Shown one piece after another: positions 28,476 to 37,676 of a DNA stretch of 64,000 nt. Position 1 is the first letter of the stretch. Every line of letters starts with the position of its first letter. The notes beneath the pieces are model-generated. The model saw nothing but the letters and a program-made list of their open reading frames with translations. It had not been told where the DNA came from and did not search any database. Location of the stretch: positions 1-64,000 of the IMG/VR virus record IMGVR_UViG_3300011442_000001; one strand, 5' to 3'. This stretch comes from a virus (taxonomy: Duplodnaviria > Caudoviricetes). Made by a program: the position numbers and the translations under genes.

Positions 28476-29663
28476 TTAGTGTGAACCAGAGTAAATGATT
28501 ACCTGTGCGTCCATACTTCTGAAGTTGAATGTCTGTTGAGCATTGTTGTTTACGTTTGAAGTGTATCCATCGCTTGTGATTGTAATCGAAGGTAGGTATA
28601 CGGTCTTCAAAACAGTTGGGGACGCATCGTCGTCGCATGGGTCAACCAACTCAATCTTTAGGGTTAGTGTAACATCGGTGCATCCTTCCCCCGGTTGCCA
28701 CTCGATACCACTACCAACCACACCTTCTGTCAAAAGAGAAATCAAGTCAGTGTCGGTGTCCAAGACCGTGATAGTTCCATCAATTGTAGGAACTTGTCTC
28801 TGGTATCCAACTACTGCTCTATTTCCCAATTCCTTTACAGCCTGAACATTCAAGTTACCATTGATATTAACAGATTGAACTCTGGTAATACTGTTGGCAG
28901 AAATCTTGACTTTTACGTCTTTACCACGAATAGCGGCTGGCATTGAAGCATCACTTACATCTGCCCAGTTGTTACCGGCTGGATTTGAGTGATAGACTGC
29001 AAGAACCTGTGCTGTTCTAGTGTCGCCAGTTGTTAGTGTTGTACCAACGATTCTGTACTGACCTGTAGCAGGTACGCCTGAAGTTTCTGTTAGGTAGCTA
29101 CCGTCCAGAGTTACAGACAGACCGTAATTTCCATTCTTTAGCTGAATAGGTGTTTGTGTAAGCGTGAAAGATGTCGTTCCAGTTGTGAACTTATCTACGA
29201 CTACATCATACTTAAGGTATCTGCGTTCAGAACCAATAGCTGTGTAGTCTTCTGTGGAATCTCCATCAACTTGATAGTTGAAGGTAAAGTCTCTGATTTG
29301 TAGTCTGTGTCCGTGAATGGACTTTACATAATCTGAAACCGTTGCATCTTTTACGTACAAGATTGTATCAACTTCACTTAGTTCGGAAACATCTACGCCT
29401 AGTGCTGGATATGCTGTTGCATCTGTACCAGTCAAGGCGGCAAATATTTTGATTCCGACATCGAAAGCTGAGAAAGTTACCGTGACGTTAGGAGTGTCCT
29501 TTACTGTACCAACGTGTTGCGGATTGCCAAGTTCATCCTTGTCTTCGGCAGGAATTTCAGTTGTGAAACTTACCCGCTGAACTCTGGATGCCTTGAATTT
29601 GTCCCTTGGCCCTACAACGTGAAGTTGTAGTTCCTTTGATGGGACTGCTAATCTTTGAGCCAT
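28476..29663 (-). CDS. Major tail (tube) protein
   Basis: 395 aa, Thr/Val-rich, upstream of the chaperones, strong GGAGG RBS. Confidence 0.75.
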   Translation of the reverse strand: MAQRLAVPSKELQLHVVGPRDKFKASRVQRVSFTTEIPAEDKDELGNPQHVGTVKDTPNVTVTFSAFDVGIKIFAALTGTDATAYPALGVDVSELSEVDTILYVKDATVSDYVKSIHGHRLQIRDFTFNYQVDGDSTEDYTAIGSERRYLKYDVVVDKFTTGTTSFTLTQTPIQLKNGNYGLSVTLDGSYLTETSGVPATGQYRIVGTTLTTGDTRTAQVLAVYHSNPAGNNWADVSDASMPAAIRGKDVKVKISANSITRVQSVNINGNLNVQAVKELGNRAVVGYQRQVPTIDGTITVLDTDTDLISLLTEGVVGSGIEWQPGEGCTDVTLTLKIELVDPCDDDASPTVLKTVYLPSITITSDGYTSNVNNNAQQTFNFRSMDAQVIIYSGSH

Positions 29664-29674
29664 TTGTCATCCTC

Positions 29675-30136
29675 CTAAACTTTATCATTTTTAGTGATAA
29701 GAATTAATTGTCCTCTATAATAGAGTTTTTCGTTGAGGTTTCGAAGTATAGGTATTGGTTCGAATGTTCTACTAACCACACTCAGGTGATTGATTAGGCT
29801 CGGAGAAGCAGAAGGAGGAAATCCTTCATTATAATCGTAGACATTAATACCATTCTTAGCCTCGCTCAGTACTTTGTAACCAAAGTCTTTTCTTTGAGAT
29901 TTAGTAAGAGCAAAGACATCTATAAACCATCTTCTTACTCTAATACCATCTCTGTTACCTAGTTCAAACTCTTCCTCGGTTATTTTGCCTTCCACTACTG
30001 AAACAGTGGGAAGAACAAGAACTTCCCTAGGAAATTCATCAACTATGTTTATTTGCCCGAAGACTTGGAATATTCCTCTTACCCAGTAGTTAATACTCAG
30101 GTCTTCCAATCTGTAAATATCCATTAGCTCTGCCAT
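29675..30136 (-). CDS. Tail terminator-like protein
   Basis: Position and size; PTVSV...WFIDVFA. Confidence 0.6.
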   Translation of the reverse strand: MAELMDIYRLEDLSINYWVRGIFQVFGQINIVDEFPREVLVLPTVSVVEGKITEEEFELGNRDGIRVRRWFIDVFALTKSQRKDFGYKVLSEAKNGINVYDYNEGFPPSASPSLINHLSVVSRTFEPIPILRNLNEKLYYRGQLILITKNDKV

Positions 30137-30137
30137 A

Positions 30138-31166
30138 TTATATCTCTATTGTTCCTTCTAGTTTTTTGAGAGTAATGAATATATTAACTCCAGAGCCGGA
30201 CTTAGCAATATTTACTTTTCTGGTTTTGAACAGTTCATCATTCTCCATTAGCCGTATAGCTTTTGCAAGAACATCCTTATCAATAAAAGCTTTCTTATCT
30301 CCAAAGCTTTTGAATATCTTCTCGTTTAGACGCATGTCCGTTTTTATCTTCTCTACTTCAGAAGAATACTCATCTCTCTTAGCCTGATGCTCGTCAACTA
30401 TTTCCTGTATTTCCTTGCTTTCTTGAAACCTTTTTTCCTGTGCTTCTCTCATAAATTTAAGGAAATCTTTTTCTATTGTTCTTTCAGCAGTACCAATAAA
30501 GTCTGTGGGGCTTGCTGGAACAGGGTTGTAACCTCCGGGTCTGTCGGAAGCCAGTTCTACACTTCCACTGTTTAGAATTCTCCAGAATGGGGCTTTGCCA
30601 TGTGGCGTTACTGATAATCTTCCAGATATTGTTTTTCCTTCTAGGTCAAAGCCGTAGACATTATCGTACCACCAGTCAGTAGCTTTTTCACCCTTAGTAT
30701 CGTCGTCTAGTCCCTTAGTTTTCAGGACTGCTTCACGATAGTTGCTGATGCCTTCTGCCCAATCATCCAAATCTCCAGCTACTTCCTCGTACACAATTTG
30801 CAGGTCAAGGTTTGTTCCCCATCCCGCTCCAGTAACTAGATACTTATAAATATCCTTGTTGTTCGCTACAGCGTATAAGTGGATTTTATAAGTTCTGTCA
30901 CTAAACTCTATATTAGTTTCTATAGCACTATCTATAGCCTGAATTAGAGTAGTCTCTGGAATGTTCCCAGATTTAAGGGACGTTATGTATCCTGTAGCTA
31001 TTTGATTTGGATAGTCGTCATTCTTTCTTCTAGCCAGCCTAGCTCTGGCATTTTTTAGAAGACGGCTATATTGGTCTCTTGTATTCTTAGCGGACTCCAA
31101 TTCTTCCTGAAGCCTGCTAAAATCAACCTGTGTTTCTTCAAGTAATTGTTTAGTCCGTTTTGCCAT
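30138..31166 (-). CDS. Neck / tail completion-like protein
   Basis: Position; APFWRILNSG motif. Confidence 0.5.
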   Translation of the reverse strand: MAKRTKQLLEETQVDFSRLQEELESAKNTRDQYSRLLKNARARLARRKNDDYPNQIATGYITSLKSGNIPETTLIQAIDSAIETNIEFSDRTYKIHLYAVANNKDIYKYLVTGAGWGTNLDLQIVYEEVAGDLDDWAEGISNYREAVLKTKGLDDDTKGEKATDWWYDNVYGFDLEGKTISGRLSVTPHGKAPFWRILNSGSVELASDRPGGYNPVPASPTDFIGTAERTIEKDFLKFMREAQEKRFQESKEIQEIVDEHQAKRDEYSSEVEKIKTDMRLNEKIFKSFGDKKAFIDKDVLAKAIRLMENDELFKTRKVNIAKSGSGVNIFITLKKLEGTIEI

Positions 31167-31170
31167 AGGT

Positions 31171-31401
31171 TTACTTTATTAGGAATTCGATGTTACCAAA
31201 AGTAGCTTTTACATAAGCTCTTGTCAGATTGTTTAGCTCGTCCAAGATAAACTTTCTTACTTCCGCATATTCTTGCGGGTCAGTAATAACTGTTTCCAGT
31301 TTTTGTAAAATCTTAGCCTGTGCCACTTTGTTCTTTGTTCCTATTGTTCTTATCAGTTCCAATACATCTACTTCCTGAAATACTCCTTCTCCTTTTGCCA
31401 T
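31171..31401 (-). CDS. Hypothetical protein
   Basis: 76-aa ORF in operon. Confidence 0.6.
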   Translation of the reverse strand: MAKGEGVFQEVDVLELIRTIGTKNKVAQAKILQKLETVITDPQEYAEVRKFILDELNNLTRAYVKATFGNIEFLIK

Positions 31402-31403
31402 TT

Positions 31404-31853
31404 TTATCTACCTTTCTCTTTTAGCCTTACCAGTATCCTGTTCACTGTAGGGACACCCCTGACATCCACATCAACCACGTCGAACTCTCTATCATCCACA
31501 ATTACGTACTCAGCTTCATTGATAAGTTCTGGAATTCCTCCACTGTACATCACCTTTACGGTAACTGTACCATCATCAATAATACCGCCCGTCTGCCAAG
31601 ATTTGTTGTCTACCTTACCATAGGTAATATGGGCTTGCAATTCCACACCGCTGAGGGTATATATCCAGTAAACTCCTGAACATTGTGGGCAGAATGAATT
31701 TGTGGAAGTATCTGCAATTGGGTCTAGAGAGCAGAGGTCACAACCAGAAACAGAGATGACTTCGTAAAAGTATACGGGTCTCCCTATCTGGTCAATCATT
31801 TCTTGGACGAAATCCCTTTCATTAGCAGGAAAAAGAGGCAACATTATGTACAA
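31404..31853 (-). CDS. Head closure / head-tail joining protein with Zn ribbon
   Basis: CDLC...CPQC; position. Confidence 0.6.
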   Translation of the reverse strand: MYIMLPLFPANERDFVQEMIDQIGRPVYFYEVISVSGCDLCSLDPIADTSTNSFCPQCSGVYWIYTLSGVELQAHITYGKVDNKSWQTGGIIDDGTVTVKVMYSGGIPELINEAEYVIVDDREFDVVDVDVRGVPTVNRILVRLKEKGR

Positions 31854-33043
31854 ACTTCCTCGAAGATGTCACCCCAACGCTGGGCAATCGTCTTCCATTG
31901 ATAATCAGGTCTTGAGAACTTATCCTTCCCCTTTTCAGAAAAGTACTTCAATATATCCCTGTCTTTATAGTAAATCTCCAAGCATCTTGCTACTTCTTCG
32001 GGAGTTGTTACTCTACCTACTGTTTGACTGTTGTCGAAAGTCCAGTCATAGAAGGTCTCCAGTAATAGACCGCTATCTATGAACATCTCCTGACATGAGC
32101 TGTGTCTCGGAACAAGTTGAGCCGCTCCAGTTACAGCATGTTCTACATTAGTCAATCCCCATCCTTCTCCCATAGAAGTATTGATTCCAACATCACAAGC
32201 GTTGTAGATAAGGTTTAGTCTTTCCTTTGAAACTCTTTGAATTCCGTTGGCAAGGCTGGTGAAGATAAGTCTATTATCCATCTTCCAGCGTTTTGCTTCC
32301 TTAACTACGTCAATATGAGCGTCTCTTATTCCACAATGCATATAAAGCTTTACATTGTCTGGTTTGTCCTCTGCGAATTGGGCAAATCCCTGCATCGTAA
32401 TATCCAGCTTTTTTCTGGGTTGGTTACGATTGGCATTAAGAACAATGAAAGTTTCTTCTACATGCTTTAGACCCTTTAACTTGCTTCCAAAAAGTTCCAC
32501 TTTTGACTGCTTTCTATCTTCACTAATCTGATAGAAGTCTTCTAGGTCTACTCCGTGAGGCATAACTCCCAGTATCATTTCTGGCATACAACTAGGCTGT
32601 GTTACCACGGACTTACCAAACTCAGTATAGGTGTATGCTTCACTGACTATATCGAAGTCTCTATACCATTCCGAGTCATGCCATTTAGAATCTACCGGAA
32701 AGTAGACTACAATAGGAGGTAACTTTTTGGTTACATTCTTTTTGATGGCGTCTAGGTAATATGAGATTACCCAAGAGTCATTCAGAATAAATACCAAATC
32801 GAAGTCTATTTGGTTCATCAGGCTACACATTCTGTCCAAGCCGTAGATATTTCCCATTCCTCTGACCATTGCTGGATAGATTGGGAAGTCATAACTATGT
32901 GGGTCTCCACTGTAGTTTACTCCCAAGCCTGTAAAATCGAACCTGTCTTTGTTGTACTTTATTATGTTATGTGCTACGGTAGAAAATCCAGTTTCTACCA
33001 CCAAATCGCTTGCAAAAAGAACCTTTAGTTTTTCCTTATCCAT
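31844..33043 (-). CDS. GT4-family (GT-B) glycosyltransferase
   Basis: TGFSTVA, PHGVD, NRNQPRKK, EGWGLTNVEH (EX7E motif). Confidence 0.9.
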   Translation of the reverse strand: MDKEKLKVLFASDLVVETGFSTVAHNIIKYNKDRFDFTGLGVNYSGDPHSYDFPIYPAMVRGMGNIYGLDRMCSLMNQIDFDLVFILNDSWVISYYLDAIKKNVTKKLPPIVVYFPVDSKWHDSEWYRDFDIVSEAYTYTEFGKSVVTQPSCMPEMILGVMPHGVDLEDFYQISEDRKQSKVELFGSKLKGLKHVEETFIVLNANRNQPRKKLDITMQGFAQFAEDKPDNVKLYMHCGIRDAHIDVVKEAKRWKMDNRLIFTSLANGIQRVSKERLNLIYNACDVGINTSMGEGWGLTNVEHAVTGAAQLVPRHSSCQEMFIDSGLLLETFYDWTFDNSQTVGRVTTPEEVARCLEIYYKDRDILKYFSEKGKDKFSRPDYQWKTIAQRWGDIFEEVCT

Positions 33044-33056
33044 GTCCTAATCCTTT

Positions 33057-33581
33057 CTATGCTGATGTAGTACCACTACCACCAGAATCATCGTACTCTT
33101 CTGCTCCGGGGATTGATGTTCTCACAACTCCTGTAAGTCTTCTAGTAGGAGGAAGTAAATACATTTCCAATTCTGCCCAATCCCTAGCGAGAGATGAATC
33201 TTTCATTCTTCCGCTTTCGATATTGGACACCGCTATTTCTGCATCTCTCCAGCTACCAACTGTCCAAGAAGAATTCTGTAGAACTCCACTTTTTGTCAGT
33301 ATGGATGCCATAATTACAATAGGTATTTCGTCCTGTTGCTGTATGGTAGGAGGTGCATCCATAAGGAAAGTACTTCCTGCATATCTAGAGACCACGTAAG
33401 TAGTCTCGTCAATTGTGTAACGAATTCTCCACCAGCGTTGCAGAGACTTAAGAGAAGATACTAACGACACCCTTAGCCATTCGTCCAGATAGCGATAAGC
33501 TGTAGCATCCGTGTCTCCGAGTCTGGCTCTTAGTTCTGGTATCAGATAATCTAAATCGGTTGTCGTAGTTATTCCTGCCAT
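33057..33581 (-). CDS. Head-tail adaptor-like protein
   Basis: LRARLGD motif; position after capsid genes. Confidence 0.6.
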   Translation of the reverse strand: MAGITTTTDLDYLIPELRARLGDTDATAYRYLDEWLRVSLVSSLKSLQRWWRIRYTIDETTYVVSRYAGSTFLMDAPPTIQQQDEIPIVIMASILTKSGVLQNSSWTVGSWRDAEIAVSNIESGRMKDSSLARDWAELEMYLLPPTRRLTGVVRTSIPGAEEYDDSGGSGTTSA

Positions 33582-34102
33582 TATGCCTCTTGATTGTTAG
33601 GAGTAATATACTCCGCTGTCTGAAGTTCTGAAATTCTTTTTTCTATTGCAGATGTAACCTTTTCAGATTTTTCTAGTTCTTCAGCGATACCTCTCATTCT
33701 GAAAAGTACCGGAATAGACTCAATCTTGTTAATTCTGTTCACGAAAGCAATCCACTTTGAATTTACAATCACAGTTAGTTCTTCATCACTTGCCTGTTCG
33801 ATTGTCACTGGTGGTTCATAGTTTTCAGGTAACTTGTAGCTAACAAGAACACCCTTTTTGAAGTGACCTCTATTAACTCTTTTCAAGAAACCATCTTCCT
33901 GTTGTGACCAGACTTTTACATACGAGTCTTCGTCTTTCTTCTTCGGGTCTCCGTGCAGAATTACATCTACAGGTTTCTTTTGAACGTTATCCCAAACTGT
34001 TACTGCTACCTGTGCTAGGATAGTCTTTATGTAACAAGCAAACGGCTTCTCGTTCTCCATTGAAGAATACATATCATTTTGTGCTAAAACATCTTGGTTC
34101 AT
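33581..34102 (-). CDS. Hypothetical head-associated protein
   Basis: 173-aa ORF with RBS. Confidence 0.6.
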   Translation of the reverse strand: MNQDVLAQNDMYSSMENEKPFACYIKTILAQVAVTVWDNVQKKPVDVILHGDPKKKDEDSYVKVWSQQEDGFLKRVNRGHFKKGVLVSYKLPENYEPPVTIEQASDEELTVIVNSKWIAFVNRINKIESIPVLFRMRGIAEELEKSEKVTSAIEKRISELQTAEYITPNNQEA

Positions 34103-34237
34103 TTATTAAAATCCTTTCCTTCATTTTATATACAGCAATCTGCTGTTAATATCCTTATTTACCTACCAGTTGAGTACTGATAGTTTTTACTGCCCAATTT
34201 CCTCTTGCGGCCTTCCATGCGTCCACCACGGCTCGCA

Positions 34238-35104
34238 TCATAGCGCCAGCCTGTAAGCGGTGGTTGCATTATTTAAGCCGCCCGCGATATAGACGTAACT
34301 GCCAATAGCACATGCCCCGGTTTGCAGGCTGGCATAAGGCAGGGACACGGCATGAGTAGTCCATGAGTCCGTCAGTGTGTCATAAACATAAATCGCCGTT
34401 GTTCCGGCAAAGGTCGCATCTGCTCCGCCGATCACATAGAGCTTGTTACCGATGACCTCCACTTCCTTGTAGCAGGTTCCTGCAGGCAGCGCCGCAACGG
34501 TACTCCATGAGTCACCCGCCGGATCATACTTATAGACCGTTGTTACCGGGTGGAGGGATGTCGGGTAATCGGTCATATCATTTGTTGCACCGATGGCATA
34601 AATATATCCATTGCAAGCCGCGCCAAAATCACCAAGAGCCTTTGCAACAGGTAGAGCCGCCTTTGTGCTGTCCCATGTGTCGTTGCTCGTGTCATACACG
34701 TACATCTGTGTTCGTGGAACATTACTGCCTGACAATCCTCCAAAGACGTAAATCTTCGTCCCAATGACGGCGCTCCCCATATCCTCCAACCCAACAGGAC
34801 AAGCGGTCTTTTCCGTCCATGTGTCCGCAGAAGGGTCATACTCGTACACGTTGCCATAATATGCCGGGACGTTCTGGTTATAGCCGCCGATGTAGTAAAG
34901 TTTGCTTCCTACAGCTCGCATGATGGCAGATTGCCGGAACGCCTGTGCATAAGGCAAATCTGTCAACACTCTCCACTGGTCAACGGATGGGTTGTATTCA
35001 TACATCTTTTTTCCACTGGCTCCACCGGCGCAATATATCTTGCCGTTACATACTTCCATTCCGTGTTGAGACATAGAAGCCGGGATTGTGGCAAGCTGTA
35101 CCAC
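34238..35104 (-). CDS. Kelch-repeat beta-propeller, probably translated as a -1 frameshift extension of 35131-36540
   Basis: Six repeats of K(I/L)YxxGG...YDPxxDxW; no SD sequence directly before the GTG. Confidence 0.85.
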   Translation of the reverse strand: MVQLATIPASMSQHGMEVCNGKIYCAGGASGKKMYEYNPSVDQWRVLTDLPYAQAFRQSAIMRAVGSKLYYIGGYNQNVPAYYGNVYEYDPSADTWTEKTACPVGLEDMGSAVIGTKIYVFGGLSGSNVPRTQMYVYDTSNDTWDSTKAALPVAKALGDFGAACNGYIYAIGATNDMTDYPTSLHPVTTVYKYDPAGDSWSTVAALPAGTCYKEVEVIGNKLYVIGGADATFAGTTAIYVYDTLTDSWTTHAVSLPYASLQTGACAIGSYVYIAGGLNNATTAYRLAL

Positions 35105-35130
35105 GTTCGGCGTATTCGGCTCGCCAGCCT

Positions 35131-36540
35131 CTAAAAACCCTGCAACACGGCAAGCGCCGCCGCCGGGATGGTGTAGGGATAGGACACGAAGAAAGCGCCG
35201 GTTGTAAAGCCTGTCACTTTTGCCGTGGTCAAGAGCGCACCGGATGAGGCGGACGAATAGGTCAGGACGGTTCCCGCTGCATTGGCAGGGTTGATAGGTC
35301 GCGCCTGTACTCCGATGTGATTGGCCGCCAGAACATTATTGAAGATCCAAATCTGGTAGACCGTCGCGTTTGTCCACGTCCGCGCCTGGGATGCGCGCTC
35401 GGTGGCTGTTCCACTAACTACCTCAAATATTTTCATGGTGCTGTTGGCCTGGTCGCATTGGATATACCAGCGATCATTATCTGATGTGTAACGGAGATTG
35501 ATTATCAATACTTCATTCGTGGCACACGTCCACTTGAAATAAATGTACCCGTTCGCATCGTGCGTGATTGAGTCGCCGCTGGCCGGTGTCTGGTTATTCC
35601 CGGTTGCGATCCCCGTCAGGCTGTTCCAGGGACTAGGCAGGATTGCGACCTTCATTGCGTCAACTGTGAAATTTAAAGCATTGGCGCGGACACCTACGCC
35701 CGGATACCAGTTACCCGTCCCGGTCAAATCGGCCCAAATAAATTTATCTCCAATCACTTCTAGTGCGCCGGTGGTTTGCAGGATGGAATAGCGCACATGC
35801 GGGAAGGAGAGAGTGACAATCAGATTACCTGATGTGAAACCATCGCTGGCAGCGGAGATTATGTTATTTCCCGCCGCCACGATGTTTGTAGTTGCCCTGG
35901 CGTTCCCTGCCGCAGTGTTCCCCCATCCCGCGATAACGTTTGTGTTGCCTGTGGTCACGGCGGCAAGCGTGATTGCAGCACATAGCCCAGCGGCCCGCGT
36001 GGTCTGTGGCCCTGAGTATCCTTCATTGTTTACGCCCGTCCCATTGACCACCAGTTTCCCACCGGCAAGGCTCATAATGCTATTCGCGTCCGTAATTGTC
36101 GCGGTTCCTGGCCCCGGCTCCGCTGTGCGCGGCGTGGCAATTGGCGCGGCGTCGTCCGTGGTAAACGTATCGTTGAACAACATCAAAATGGTGACAATGC
36201 TAAATTGAGTTGCGGCAACGTTGCCATTCCCGGCCCCGTCTACACAGACACCCGCGCCAATATCCACGGTCATTGTCCCGGCTACGGACGGCGCAAGGTC
36301 GAACGTGTAAACCGCTCCCGATCCGGCGAAGTTTGACAATGTAACCGTCCCGCCCGAAATAGCTGCGGTCACATCGCCCGAAGTAAACCCGGTCACGGTC
36401 TCCGAGAATGTAGCCGTGAAATTCAGCGGCGTGGTTGCCGTTGGCCCGGTCTGCGTGCAGGTGATCGCCACAGTCGGCGCGATGTTGTCAGCCGCTCCCC
36501 CACTCGCCAGGTACATCAATAACGCCGCGCGCCTATTCAT
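35131..36540 (-). CDS. Ig-like domain virion/surface protein
   Basis: DNIAPTVAIT...TATFSETVTGF...DGAGN bacterial Ig-like fold; high GC. Confidence 0.75.
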   Translation of the reverse strand: MNRRAALLMYLASGGAADNIAPTVAITCTQTGPTATTPLNFTATFSETVTGFTSGDVTAAISGGTVTLSNFAGSGAVYTFDLAPSVAGTMTVDIGAGVCVDGAGNGNVAATQFSIVTILMLFNDTFTTDDAAPIATPRTAEPGPGTATITDANSIMSLAGGKLVVNGTGVNNEGYSGPQTTRAAGLCAAITLAAVTTGNTNVIAGWGNTAAGNARATTNIVAAGNNIISAASDGFTSGNLIVTLSFPHVRYSILQTTGALEVIGDKFIWADLTGTGNWYPGVGVRANALNFTVDAMKVAILPSPWNSLTGIATGNNQTPASGDSITHDANGYIYFKWTCATNEVLIINLRYTSDNDRWYIQCDQANSTMKIFEVVSGTATERASQARTWTNATVYQIWIFNNVLAANHIGVQARPINPANAAGTVLTYSSASSGALLTTAKVTGFTTGAFFVSYPYTIPAAALAVLQGF

Positions 36541-36585
36541 TGCCGCCTCCCGAACTCAGAAACTTTATTTTATTCATGCTATTTA

Positions 36586-37080
36586 TTAAGATTCGTAGAC
36601 TAAATGGGCGTAAACGCCACTAGCGGCATAAACTCCCAAAGAAGTAATTCCACCATAAGGCCCAGCTATTCTTACATTACCGTCAGGAACATAAATTCCA
36701 GCCGCCGTAGGAGAAGCTGTAGTATTGACAGCCCCATAAACTTTTCCGCCCTCTGCCATAATCCAGATAGTTTTTGTTCCATTGGGAATGGTGGCATTTT
36801 GGTTTGCAGCACTAAGAAAAGAAAGAACCTGCTGTCCCAAATAAGTTCCGGGAAGCAATGAAGCTACGCCACTAATTGTAACTATTTCATTGTCTAAAGA
36901 AACCTTGACATCTGATGCACGTAATTGGGTATCAGTAAGTGGGCCAGACACAGGGACTGGGGTAGCCCTAAGCTGGGCGTCAGTCAGTCCACCAGAAATG
37001 GTAACAGTTCCTCCTCCACCAGAGTCATCAATATCTACAAAATTTCCAGTATCAGCATCTATAACAGTATGAGTTGTCAT
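36586..37080 (-). CDS. Virion accessory/decoration protein
   Basis: Internal repeat LTDAQLRA/LTDTQLRA; follows the capsid gene. Confidence 0.55.
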   Translation of the reverse strand: MTTHTVIDADTGNFVDIDDSGGGGTVTISGGLTDAQLRATPVPVSGPLTDTQLRASDVKVSLDNEIVTISGVASLLPGTYLGQQVLSFLSAANQNATIPNGTKTIWIMAEGGKVYGAVNTTASPTAAGIYVPDGNVRIAGPYGGITSLGVYAASGVYAHLVYES

Positions 37081-37138
37081 TTAATAATTCCTTATATAAG
37101 TAGGGGAGGAGTATTTCATCCTCCCCCTTTTATTTGTT

Positions 37139-37576
37139 TTAGCTTACGTTTCTAGAAACGTTTTTTAGAGCCATAAGCTCTCCAATGCATAAGTAGTCCT
37201 GCTCAGTATAGTGTGAATTATTTCCTCTTTCTATTCTACTTAAACAATAATTTATCATTATGTCTAATTCTTCTCTCTTGCAAAAAGAATAATTCACAAC
37301 CATTTCACAAAATTTCAGTATTTCCTTTAGTCCAGTTATAACTAATCTATAAATAGTACCGTTCTTAGCAGAACGAAGGTGACAACCTATGTTATTAGAT
37401 TCCAGGAATACTTCAATTTGGTTCAGTATTTTTCTATCTCTCTGTGTTATAACTATTTGTGGAAGAATTAGTTCTGTCTTTATTTCTTTGTTTCTTCCAT
37501 ATCTAAAATGAGAATATAGTCCAACACTCCCTTCCCCATCAAAAAATCCTGCTAAATATTCAATTGTAATTTTCAT
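37139..37576 (-). CDS. Free-standing single-motif LAGLIDADG endonuclease
   Basis: YLAGFFDGEGSV...ITQRD; start MKITIE at 37576 after GGAGG. Confidence 0.9.
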   Translation of the reverse strand: MKITIEYLAGFFDGEGSVGLYSHFRYGRNKEIKTELILPQIVITQRDRKILNQIEVFLESNNIGCHLRSAKNGTIYRLVITGLKEILKFCEMVVNYSFCKREELDIMINYCLSRIERGNNSHYTEQDYLCIGELMALKNVSRNVS

Positions 37577-37657
37577 TCTACCTCCGATAGTAGAATGAGG
37601 GGAGAGTGACATCTTCGGACGGATGCCATTCGCTTTTCCGAAAGCTATCTCCCCTCA
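37574..37657 (-). promoter_or_regulatory. Structured leader sequestering the endonuclease RBS
   Basis: 10-bp closing stem with two inner hairpins, plus an 8-bp CATTCTAC/GTAGAATG stem containing the ATG with GGAG in the loop. Confidence 0.65.
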
Positions 37658-37676
37658 ATATTATTTTATTTACAGG

